From Octopus vulgaris (taxonomy: Eukaryota), in NCBI GenBank assembly GCA_951406725.2, contig OX597833.1, forward strand, positions 71,858,001 through 71,922,000: a DNA stretch of 64,000 bases, read 5' to 3'. Made by a program: the position numbers and the translations under genes. Shown piece after piece: positions 26,401 through 38,018 of this stretch (the stretch's first letter is position 1; each line of letters opens with the position of its first letter). The notes below the pieces were generated by a model. That model was not told the origin of the DNA. It worked only from the letters and a program-made list of their open reading frames with translations, and did no database searches.

Positions 26401-29400
26401 TCTTTCTGTTAGCATTTCTAATCGGCAGTCTGTCTCCTTGGTGTCTTCATTCTGTAATGGAGCAGACTCCTCCTCCTGTCTTCATGTCTCTGGCCATCTT
26501 CACTGAGTGACTTTAGTGTGACGAGTGGACCCAACAGAATCTTGTTGTGTGGTGAGGAGGGAGTCGTGACCCTTTTGTCATTTCCCCAATTAGAACCAAC
26601 CAACACCAACTCTTTGCTGCTTTCAGTGCAAAGAAGGAATATTCTGTTTGTTTTAATTACTTTTCAGATAATTTACCATCTTTCCAATAAATGCTGGAAT
26701 AAGATATTCTTGTCAAATGCCAGACTTTTGCTGCCATAAATGTTTTTCTCTTGTCAGTGCTGTTTTGATTTAATCTCTTATCCTTTTTAAACTCCCCCGT
26801 TGCACCCAATTGCAGCACTGGCCCTGGCTTGACAGAATGCGTAGAGCAGCAGCGGCAGCATTTAGCCGGGTCCTTTTTGTTCTGAGTTCAAATCCAGTCA
26901 ACAACAATCTTTACCGTTCTTCGTTCCAGTATTGATGAGATAAGCTACCATCATTTTGTAGAAGCTGATTCTATTAGCATTGACAGCCTTCTTCTGCCAA
27001 ACTATGTGGTTCTATACTCAAGATAATCCGTTTTAGCAGACTCGTTACATTGCTAAGATCATCTTCATCTTATTTCTCTTAAAACTAGGCATCAAGAGGA
27101 ATCAACCTGTTGGCCTCTCGTTACTTTATGCTTTAGCAATTAGACACAACCAAGTTCCCCATTCCAGCCAGTTTTGCTCGCCTGGTCTCGCTCTCTCCTT
27201 ACAATTTCCCAGATTATTTCAGCTTTCTTCCCATATTTTACACAATTGAAATAATCAGAAAGACAAAAAGTAGGAACAATAAAAATTTGTTTCCCTGACT
27301 TATTTCCTAAGATGGTGGCTGTCCAAATTGTTTAATGTCTGGAAAGGGTTGCAGTATTTGTTCTGATTCTTAACGTTCTGAGTTCAAATCCTGGTGAGGT
27401 CAACTTTGCCTTTCATTCTTTCAGGGTCGATAAAATAAAGTACTAGAGTCAATGTACTTGACTAACTCTCTTTAAAATTACTGTCCTGGTAGCAAAATCT
27501 AAGACAATAATTATTAAAATTATTGAAATCAAAGTTTCAAAACCACTGAAAAAAAGAAAAAATCTTAAGAACAGAAATTTGATTTTATTTTTTTCTCTGG
27601 GGTTTATTAAGTGAGTAAACTTTCTTTTTTCATTATTTGTGATGGTGGTTGGGCTCTTTAAAAATTATTTTTAATTAATATATAACTTTTGATTTTTAAT
27701 TAAAATATAACTTTTGATTTTTTTTTTTCCATTCACCTCGGTTGTTGCATCAAGTGGTTTCTGATTTATATTAATTATTCGGGAGACAATTTTGAAATTG
27801 TGATGCCTACATCTGTGTTTTACCATTTGTGTTTCTGGTATTTCTGTTGGCAAGTAGAAACAGTCTTTCTAATTATTCTGTGGAAGGAGGGTTCCATGTT
27901 GGAATTCCTAGAAGAATTTAAGACAGTGTTTTAAGTTGGAACTATTGCAGGTTGGTCATTGGAGGAATATTTGAATTAGAAATTAGAAGAGAAAGTTTGG
28001 TCAGTCTGCTGCTGCTGCTATTTTCCTGAAGTTTGATTTTTTTAAAAATCCATTTTGAAGTTGTTTGAGAATATTTATTTTCATTTCAACCAATTCTTCA
28101 AAGATTTTCCTTTTTGCCATTGTCAAATCTCAGGCTTTCTTTGATTAAGGAACCTTTCCTTCAAAAGCATTTATTGCTATAAACAACCCCTTTTTTTTTT
28201 TCTTGCAGACAGTAGACTACATTATCTAATATGTCCTTTCATTTAAGATAGTAGGATGGGATTTAAAGGAGTTTTGGCTGCTGTTTTAAGCATATTGAGT
28301 GACCATGTGGAGTTCCATCATTGAAAGTTTATGTGAAATATATATATATATATATCTACTTCGCTTGGCAACAAGTGGGGGTTGGCGTCAGGAAGGGCAT
28401 CCAGCCGTAGAAAACTTGCTACATGCATAGCGCTGCGCATATATATATATGAAAAGGGAAAAACTTTATTTCTCAGATTTTATATAATCTTCAAAGAAAA
28501 AAGTGAGATTCTTCAAATGTGTCAGTAGTTCCCTATTTTGGGTTGAGATTTTTTTCTGCTTTCCATGATGTGTTGAATTGGTGTCCATAACTTGAATTAG
28601 ATTTATTGGTCAACTAAATTGTTTTTATTTAATGTTACAGGATTTTAATTGTAAATGCAATTAAGATAAAAGTCAGTTTCTTTTTGAGGTCTAATCTGTC
28701 CAATTAAAGTCTGCATTTGGGTCCTTGAATGCCCCGAATTGAGTCCCCTCTACTCCAAGCATTCAAGGTTGGACTTGGATCAAAAGGGCCAAGGCTGTTC
28801 TTTCTCTTAAGATAAGAAAACTGAAATGACTTGTTTACAATTTAATTTTCTGTTGAAGTATTTTAATGGGAGAGTAAAATTTATAGATTAAAAAAAAACC
28901 ATGCAAGAAAATAGTTTAAAAAACTTGAAACCTGTCTCTTCATTTGTGTTCTTCATCAGCCAAAGATGAGGCCATCTTTTAGATTTCATTCTACAAATAG
29001 AATTGTTAATGTCAGGCAAAATACTTTGCAGTGTTATGACTCTGTTCTGAGTTCAAATCCTGTTGGGATCAACTTTGTCTTTCATCCCTCCTGGGTTAGT
29101 ACCAGTCAAATATTGGGGTTGATTATAATTGTCTTTTTTTCCTTAAAAATGCTTGGCCTTGTGCCTCGGTTAGAAATGACAATTATTGATATTATTTTGT
29201 GAAACAAATTCTACAAGATAAAATCTTAATTGTTGGAGTCCTTTTCAGAACTTCTGACACTGGAAAGTTATTTTCACAGTCCAAAACCTGGGGTGAAGGT
29301 CTGCAGAAGAGTAAACCCTGCTGGAACCAGTCAAGAACCAAATGCTGCTGTTGGGAAATGCAGATGAAGTTAACCCCTTTGATAAAAGAGAATTTGTTGC

Positions 29401-32400
29401 TGAATTTTATGTTATCTTGACTGAAAATCTGACTAGTCATTAGAAGGTATCCCTTAAAAGGTATCCCACTAAGGATTTGAATCTTCCTCTCTACTGCCTG
29501 TTAATGAATTTGAAAATTTAAAGTCTTGCAATCAAATTTTTTTTTATCTGCCATTTTAACGAATTCTATGTTAAACATTTTTCTTATCATTATTGATTAG
29601 TTTCATTAATTGCTTTAACTATTGGAATTTCTTTTTAATTCTATGTTTTTGCTTGGCATTGGTTATCATTGTTTCCATATTGGGCTATTTGGTGATACGT
29701 GAAGAATTTTCTTTCTTGTCAGTTCCTTGTATACAAAAGCAAATTCTTCCATTTGAGTAACAAAAGGAAATTATTGATTTCAATGTTTGATGGGGTAGCT
29801 TTCTCTCGGCCCCTATACCCAGGGGTGAGCAACATAAAGCTAACCATCGGCAGTTGGTCCATGCATGGGAGAGAAGAAAATATAGACCCTCAGTCTGAAA
29901 TTTCTTATTTGTGATGCTGTGGTGGATGATCTCTTCAAAATTCCAGTTGTTTTGGGTGTGGATGGGGGACTAAGAATTTTGCTTCACAGCCAAAGAGTTC
30001 ACTGTTTGATCCTCTGGCAAAAGTCATCTACCATAGCCCGAGGTTGACTATTACCGTGTGACTGGTATTTGTTGGTGGAGATTGTGCAGAAGCCTTGTGG
30101 ATTTGTGTTTTATCTGCTTTACCAATGTATACCAAACCAAGCTATAGGTACTCTGTTGTTGTTATTAGAAATTCCAAGAACCTGTGGTTGGACAGTTAGA
30201 AACTTGATAAGAGGCCTAAAAACCACCACAAAGTAGCAATTAACCAATAGAATGATGGTAAAAATTTGGTATTGTTGTGATAGTCTAGGACTTGTAATTG
30301 AAGGTTTTACTAATTTACTGGCCAGGTGGGATGAGCAGATATTTATAACAATCGTCATTGTATATTTCAGAAGATTCTTTTTACTTCTAATTTAAGCTTT
30401 TGGGGCATTTGACATGTTTGAGGTGCCACAAAACCATTCAGAGAAAGTAATTCCTTAATGAATCGAGAATTCGATGCAGGTTACTCTCAGCACAGACACC
30501 AAACGAGTCTTTAGTGATTACCAGATAGGATACAGATCTAAATTCTGTTCAATAATTCCAACTTTAATTGAAAATTCTACCAGTCTGCCATGTTGTGTGA
30601 TGATATAACAAGATTGCTATCCAAGTAAACACCAGTCTTCAATTTAACTTTGAATGCTTAATTAGTTACTAATTAAAGTTACTAATGGTTCATGTTGCTT
30701 TAGAGAGGTTTTTAATGAGTGAATCTGAAGTTTAAGCTTTAATCATATAAATCTTTGTTGGTTCTGCAAACTGGAAAAATGTGTCAACGTTTTATAACCA
30801 ATGTTGATAGAAGTCTAAATTTAAAGATATTGTTTGGAGAAAGCTCATTTTTCACCCCAAATCGAGAGCTTCTCACAATTTCTTACTGTTGCTGCTCCTC
30901 TTTGGACATTTCTTCTGCTGTCCCTCATTTACTCATGCCATTCACTGTTGTAAATAGAGTTTGCTTTTGAACTAAATCTATGGCTTAGTTTGTCTTGCAA
31001 AGTGACGGAGATGCAGCTTTGCTATTCCTCACTCCAAATCTCTTGGATTAACTTTCTAAGAATTATGTATTTCTGTATTGCCAGTAGCAGATTTTCAGAA
31101 AAGTCAGTTGGTTTTCTTTGGATAAACTAATGTATTTATGCATAATTCTAAAGACAAAGAACTTCTTTTAAATTCCATTCTCAATCATTAGTAGACTTTA
31201 TGCTAAGTGAAGGAACTCCAATCAAAATATTGTCCAATTCCAAGATCAAATCCAACAAGATTTTCACTTGTGTAACATTTGTTCGCAGTTTATTATAAAA
31301 TATTTTGTTTCCAAGCAAACATTTTCTCTCCTTAAAAGCTGTCTTGTGATGTAAAATTAGTTTATTTTCATCCAATATTTCCAAGACTGTGCAAGCATTG
31401 TAGAATGGTTGTAAACTCTTAGTGAGGCCGCTTGTAATATCGCAACTGACCTTTGGTCCCTGGTTTCATCCATCCTGCTTCTGCTACCTCAAGTTTCACT
31501 GCCAGATCAATAATTGATCAATTATTGATTCCTTCAGGCAGAATCTTTTTCTCTCTCTCTTCACTCCTTACAAAAGGACAGTTTTAAGTGGCCCCTTTAT
31601 ACAAACAGTTTTTGTTTGTTTGTTCATTCAATAAGGTCAAATCTTGCCTAAAATGTCTGTCTTCAGTAAAATACTTTAGACAAATATATTAAACACACAC
31701 AAAAAAAAAAAAGAACTTAAATTTCTCGTTGACGTGTTCTTCCCTCGGTTTCAAATCGTTTTTACCTGTAGCTGTGTTTATATCCAAATACAAAAGCTGG
31801 ATTTTATACACCAGTCCCACTTTTGTAGGAAATAATTAATAATTGCTGAGCTGGCAGAATCGGTAGAGCATCAGACAAAATGCCTAGTGGTATTTCTTTT
31901 GGCTCTTCACATTCTGAGTTCAAATCCTGCAGAGGTTAACTTTACCTTTCCTCCCTCCAGAGTCAATAAAATATCAGTCAAGGATTGCTGGCCTTGTGCT
32001 AAAATTGGAAAGAGAATTGATTTCATGAAAGGCAGCAAAGCTAGCAGAATCATTAAGAGCTTGGGAAAAAACGGCCATGCTGCAGCATTAGTTCCCTCTC
32101 TTTACATTCTGAGTTCAATTCCCACCAAGGTTAACTTTGCCCTTCATCCTTTTGAGGGTCAGGTATCAGTCAAGTGCTGGGGTGAATGATATCAACCCTA
32201 ACCCCTCCTCTCAAAACTGCTGGTCTTCTCCCTAAATTAGAAACCATTATTTATTTGTTACAACATAATTCTCCAAAATTACATTTCTGATTTCTAAGGA
32301 ACCAAAACTGACAAAATCTATTTTTGCTTAGTCTTTAGTCAATCCTGATCAAGCAGATTTATGACTGAAGTCATTTCAGCTGTAACCAGTCTTTTTAGCA

Positions 32401-32606
32401 GAATCTAGGTTTCACATTATCTGAATTCATTTGTCTTTTTTTTTAATGATGCCAGGATATAATTTGGCTACTATTTCTAGCATTTTGAGTGACTGCCCAT
32501 AGGCATCATTGCTGATTCAAGGCTTCTCTTTCTCTTTTGTCAGAGAATGAATTTGGTTTAAAATAAGGTCTTTTGAAGAGGCCCCTCCCCTCCTTTATAC
32601 ATATAT

Positions 32607-32637
<31 letters not shown>

Positions 32638-33125
32638 ATTTTAATGCTACCAGCCCTTTTAACTTCAATAGTGACTTAGTGCCTCTGGAAACCTCAATTC
32701 TTCCATCTTTTCTTTCATTTGAATCCCATTAAGCTTCCAGATTTGTTTTATTTTTCTTTCTTTCTCCTCCAGTGAATTGTTTCTGGTTCACTGATTTAAA
32801 AAAATTTTTTTTTTTTAACTTCACCTCTCATGACAGTTTGTTTCAATTCCACCACCACCGCCGCCGCCATCATCCTCCTCCTCCTCTTCATCATCATCAT
32901 CGTCACCCTCATCATAGTCCACGGCTTTGTGTTTGTCATAGTTAGTCATCTCATTACAAAAATATAATGAAACAAAATAATGATTAATAAACTAATTACA
33001 AAGCAAACATTCCAAATATAATTTTTTTTTTTTCATTTTCTTTTTACTTTTTAATGTGAATTCATTTGTACAATTTAATGTTATTTTCTGTTTATAAAAA
33101 TTATAAAATTCAAATAGCTTTTCAA

Positions 33126-33131
33126 AATAAA
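33126..33131 (+). terminator. Candidate distal polyadenylation signal of CCDC102A-like
   Basis: AATAAA preceded by U-rich sequence and TGTA, and followed by U-rich tracts. Proximal alternatives lie at about 22884 and 25016. Confidence 0.35.
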
Positions 33132-33869
33132 CTGCTGTGGACATTTCATCTGAAAGAGTTTTTATGCAATTTTCTTTAATTCATTACAGGAGTCGTTAAG
33201 AAATTTATCCCAAGAGATAAGACATCAATAAGAGATTCTGATGTCCTGTTTTTTAAAGTCTATAAATTAACACCTGTGAGTATGCTTTAGTTGTAGGGGG
33301 CAGGTGTTGACTGAACCCTAGGAAGACCCAAAAGCAGGTGGCTACATTTGGGTTTGTGCCTATGGATTGCTAATTAGCAGAAACATTGTTTTCTGTTGTA
33401 ACTGCAAAGCCATGTGGCTGTTTGCATCTTCCAGGGGGTCAATCAAACAAAATTGCTCTCGCTAAAGTATATTTGCAGCTTGGGAGGAGGGTTTGCTTTT
33501 GGTATATCAACCATGAGCTTTTCAAATCCAGTTGATATCAGCTGCTTCAGTTTCAACTTGAAACTATTTTTTAACTTCACCAAAAACTCCCAAAACAAAA
33601 TTTGAATGTCACAACTCCTCAAATTCTTTTGCCCTTAGAATTCAGTCTTGGGCTGACTCGAGTGCTGTGTATTTGTGTGGCCTGACACCAATCTCTATAA
33701 TACAAAGGTTAACTTTATTGGGAGGAGCTTCAACGATCTTGATGGTGTAGAAGGGAGATGAAATACATGACAGTCCTATCTTTTAGGAAATTGGGAGTGG
33801 GGGGGAGGGTCTGTCAGGTCAGAGGATTCCTTAGAACACAAACTGTGACTTCCAATAGTTTGAGCAGCA

Positions 33870-34590
33870 ACAAATTAGAACCTGTCAGAAACCTTAGCAC
33901 ACCAGGTGAAATGCTTAACGGTATTTCGTCTGTCTTTACGTTCTGGGTTCAAATTCTGCTGAGGTCGACTTTGCCTTTCATCCTTTCGGGATCGATAAAT
34001 TAAGTACCAGTTACACACTGGCCTCGGTATAATCAACTAAATCCATTTGTCTGTCCCCTCTTTGTGTAGCCCCTTGTGGGTAGTAAAGAAATAGGTTGGA
34101 TGGAACCTACACTCGCCTCCTTATGAGAGCTCAAAATCTCTCGTGGAAGCACCATCCAACCAAAGTGCAAATATATGGGAAACTACCACCTGTGTCATCC
34201 CTTGTGAAAGGTAGGAGAGTCCAGTTTGCTGGACATTGTTGTAGAGCTGAAAACGAGGCAATTTCTACTCTTCTCCTCTGGAAGCCATCTACTCGCAATA
34301 CCAGAGGGCGCACACTCTCCTACCCTGATGTAATCTCCAGGGATACAGGCATCCAGCAACAGGACCTCCGTAATGCCATGATGGACCATGAAGTCTGGCG
34401 TAGCATGGTAAATTCCATTGTCTCGACCACGGTCGAACAATGATGATGATGATTTTGTCTGCCGTTACGTTCTGAGTTCAAATTCCATCAAGGTCAACTT
34501 TGCCTTTTGTCTTTTCAGGTTGATTAAATAAGTACCAGTTACGCACTGGGATTGATGTAATTGACTTAATCTCTTTGTCTGTCCTTGTTT
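33870..34590 (+). mobile_element. Dimeric SINE family C interrupted by a LINE fragment
   Basis: Two ATTT(C/T)GTCTG...GTTCAAATTC...AAGTACCAGTTAC units flank 34096-34452. Confidence 0.7.
34096..34452 (+). mobile_element. 5'-truncated RTE/RTE-X-like LINE, open C-terminal 115 codons plus (TGA)n tail
   Basis: LDGTYTRLLMRAQNLSWKHH...RRVQFAGHC.R...LLLW.P....RGR....AMMD..W is typical of the post-RT C-terminus of RTE-group LINEs. The stop codon runs directly into TGA repeats. Confidence 0.85.
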
Positions 34591-36937
34591 GTTCACACCA
34601 GTAAATCCAGTATTTGTAACCTAGTGGTTGAGCAAATGGTGCTTAATAAAATAAATACCAGGCTACAATAAATTCTGAGGTTGACACAACTGACAAAAAA
34701 ACCCTTAAAAGAATAAAAGAACAATTTTAAAATTCAATTTATTTTCATTAAATGGGAGATGAATCTTTGTTCAGTCGATCCAAACTCCATCATCTTACAT
34801 GGTTTGTTTTTTTTTTAATCAATTTTGAAGCAGGAGAGAAATATGATTTTCACTGTTGCGGTTGACAAACTGAATGATAAACAAGATGTCGTTGAGCCAG
34901 GAAGAATGAAAAGTGGAATCAAACAAACTCTGTCAATCCAAAGACCCAGTTTTCATTCATGCAACAATTGTATTGAAAAACAAGGATTTCTCATATTGGC
35001 ACAAGTCCAGGGATGGGGTATAGTTGATTGAATAAATCCCCAAGTACATAACTGGTATTTGCTTAAGTGAGCCTAGAAGAAAGTTATAATTGAATGAGGT
35101 GGGATTTGAACTCTGCACTAAATATTTGCAAGGCAAGTAGAGCCAGGCACCCTACTATCTCCACCAATTCTTAGCCCTACAACGGGCCTTTGCTAAGAAT
35201 ATCCCATATTTAGTTGCACTACTATACCAGTATAGTAATTGTGTTAACACATATGCAAAACCACAAATTGAGGGAGAAGATTTTGATAACTATGTTGACT
35301 CCAGGACTTTAAAAAAAAATGTTTTGATTGATTTGATCAAGAAGAGACTGCAGTTGTGGCACTTTTTGGTCCTCCTTGACCAGTAGGGTCAAGGGATGCG
35401 GTGGATGCAATACGGGGAAGGAGAGGAGCAGAGATGAGAGAGTTGTGAATGGTTTAGATGAAGGTGGCGAGAGATGAACCAAGTAATCAGCTCGGAGAAA
35501 CAGAGGTAAGTTTAGCAGAAGGGTCGAGAGTGGAGTGAACAGATCTGGGGACCAGAAGATGGAGAGTGTTCAGAAAATATGTCATTGAACCAGGAAGGAT
35601 GAAAAGTGGAATCAATCACAGTAGGATTTGAACTCAGAAAATAAAATGTGTCTAAATGTGGATTTGATAAACAACAGTGCAAGCAACCTGCATAAGAGAG
35701 AAAGGGCTCTCTTTGAGTCCTGCTGCAAACAAACCTCTCCCTGGTGCTTATAAGGGGGGGGCATAAACATTATCTCCTTCCCCCCCCTCAAATCACTCAT
35801 GTCATACACAGCGACAGATTAGATGCTTTACTCATTGTATCAGATGGTGAGGGATTATTGTGACGAACCCGTCCGACCCATGCCAGCATGGAAAAACGGA
35901 CGTATGATGATGATTGGAGCATGACATGACCCAACTCATTAGATCTCGTCAAATCATCCAACTGTGACAACAAACGGAGGAGACATTAAATAATGAAGAT
36001 GATGATGATGGTATTGCCAGACATTCTGCTTCGACCATTCTCTTATTTACAAGAAGCAGCCTTCCAAGTCTGTAATTTATCCAGGGAGAAAATACCCTTA
36101 TTACATCTGGAATACATCATCATCATCATCATCATCATACACACATGTATAAATTCGTCTCTCAAAAAAAAATCTCATTCAGATCTGGAATGTATATCTA
36201 TCCATGTGTGTGTGTGAGTGAGCATTAATGACTAATGAATGACAAAAGAACTGGACTGATGTAATCATCTCCATTAGCTTAAAGTTATTTTGGCTGCAAG
36301 GAACTGTGTGGCCCCAGAGCTGAGTGCCAGTGCAAAACCTTAAAACTTCATCAGAGCTTAAACATGAAGTTTAATATATGTACATATATACACACAAACA
36401 TACGCAGACACACATTTATACATACTGGTATTTTACTATATACACTTAAAAATATTTACACACACATACACCCAGTCGTATGCGACTGTTAGTGGATGGC
36501 ACTTACATTGAGATTAGATGGTCCGTAGCACCTCAGTTAATGTAAGAAATGGACAGCAATCATATCTGGCCATCCACACTGAGTGGTCAGAGTTTAAAAA
36601 CTTAAGAGACAGTGGTCAATGGTTAAAACTAACCATCAGCTTGACTGGACACAGAAAGACAGTGGTCTGGATATGATGAGGTCCACCACAAGTCTGGTTA
36701 CGATGGTTTAGGTTACAATAGCAACTGGTGACCAGTTGAACAGAAATCTGACCACAAATGTGTTAATGGTGGACGTTGGTCAATGAGAAAATGGAACTGG
36801 ACAATCATGGGAGACTGTCTAACAGACTTTTATCCATCCATCCGTTGAAGAATATAGTACAATGACTACAGCGACAAGAACCATCTCAGCTATGTTGCTT
36901 AATTGACAACATTCTTCAGTGATGGCCATCAAAGAGT

Positions 36938-37073
36938 TCACCGTAATTCTTCCGATATTTCGAAATACGAACTTTCACTGTTCTCTTCAATTCTGTTCAA
37001 AACTTGTCCGTCTCCTGAGTTGAAGGGTCTTGGCACAAAAGGCTGAGGCTGCAGCTGGTCGTGGTGGTCGGAT
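36938..37073 (-). CDS. CEP152: CEP152-like last coding exon; total CDS 4002 nt, 1333 aa
   Basis: U-rich tract + CCAG acceptor, phase-2 join, SDHHDQLQPQPF...EISEELR, then TGA. The call rests on phase fit; the sequence is not recognisably conserved. Confidence 0.65.
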
Positions 37074-37680
37074 CTGGTAATAATAAATAAGAAAAAAACA
37101 AAATAGAAAAACTTCCCATTTATCTGCAATAAACAAATTTCAAAGAGTGGGAGGGGGGGATTCGACCCTTTTAGGGCCACATTTCTAATAAAATATGTGG
37201 CTGATGAGTTTCTTTTTAATAACAATGTTTTACTTGTTTTAGTCACTGGATTGTGGCCCATGCTGGGGCACCACTTTGAAGGGTATCATAGACGAAAGCA
37301 AACCCAGGACTTATTTTAAAGTTTGGTATCCATGATCAAAGCCTTTCCAACTGTGACCATTCCTTATTTTGGTGGAGCTATCTAAGGGGTACACAATTTA
37401 TGTCCTCTTTTTCTCTAAGACAGTAGGGCAAGATTTTGAGGGAAATTTGGCTGTTATTTCTACAGGTTGAATGACTATGTTGAAAGGCTCTCTCATTGTC
37501 CTTCCATTTTTAAAACAGTTGTGTATGGTTGAGTGAGATTTGGCTGCTATTTCAAGTATGTCAAGCAACCATATTTGAGGCTTATTTGCTTGAGTACATG
37601 CAGGATGTGGGGGGGGGGGTGGGATATTAATATAAGACAAGAAACTTGGCAATGAATGCCATTCCTAAAGTGATACCAAC

Positions 37681-37904
37681 CTATGCGAAATGTTTGGAAT
37701 TTGGCGGCTGTTAACATCGGAAGCATTGTGGAAGTTTCTCCTGTCCCAGAGATTGGTTGTCGTTGGGTTTCTCTCAGACAAGTAAATCAATTGCTGCATT
37801 CGGAAGCTGTTTTCCGACAAATATCGGACCAGATTCTTCTGGATACTGCTCACACTTGTCCAATATTCACTCTGCACTTGATTCAATAATATCTGCAGCT
37901 TTTC
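37681..37904 (-). CDS. CEP152: CEP152-like coding exon 6
   Basis: (T)n GCCAG acceptor, EKLQILLNQVQSEYW...NISH(R), donor AG|GTTGGT. A 114-nt intron lies upstream. Confidence 0.75.
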
Positions 37905-38018
37905 CTGGCAAAAAAAAAAAACAAAAAAATATCCCTATGTAACATAGTTCAAACATTTCTATCTTACAAGCCCAGGCCACTGAGCTGTAAACAGAGACAA
38001 CAATTTACTCCACCATAC

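Noticed and set aside
30760-31400. Purine-rich minus-strand stretch resembling decayed coding sequence (also 25270-25620 and 26400-26610)
   Set aside because: Frequent stops, and no recognisable motif or splice structure. It can be explained by the T/C skew of the plus strand.
35355-35575. Possible CR1/L2-type LINE remnant on the minus strand
   Set aside because: Only a CFSEL-like word supports it, which is too weak to call.
37201-37230. Other CTGATGA words as hammerhead cores (37201, 38855, 44507, 56310)
   Set aside because: None has a downstream helix II with GAAA, or helix I pairing.
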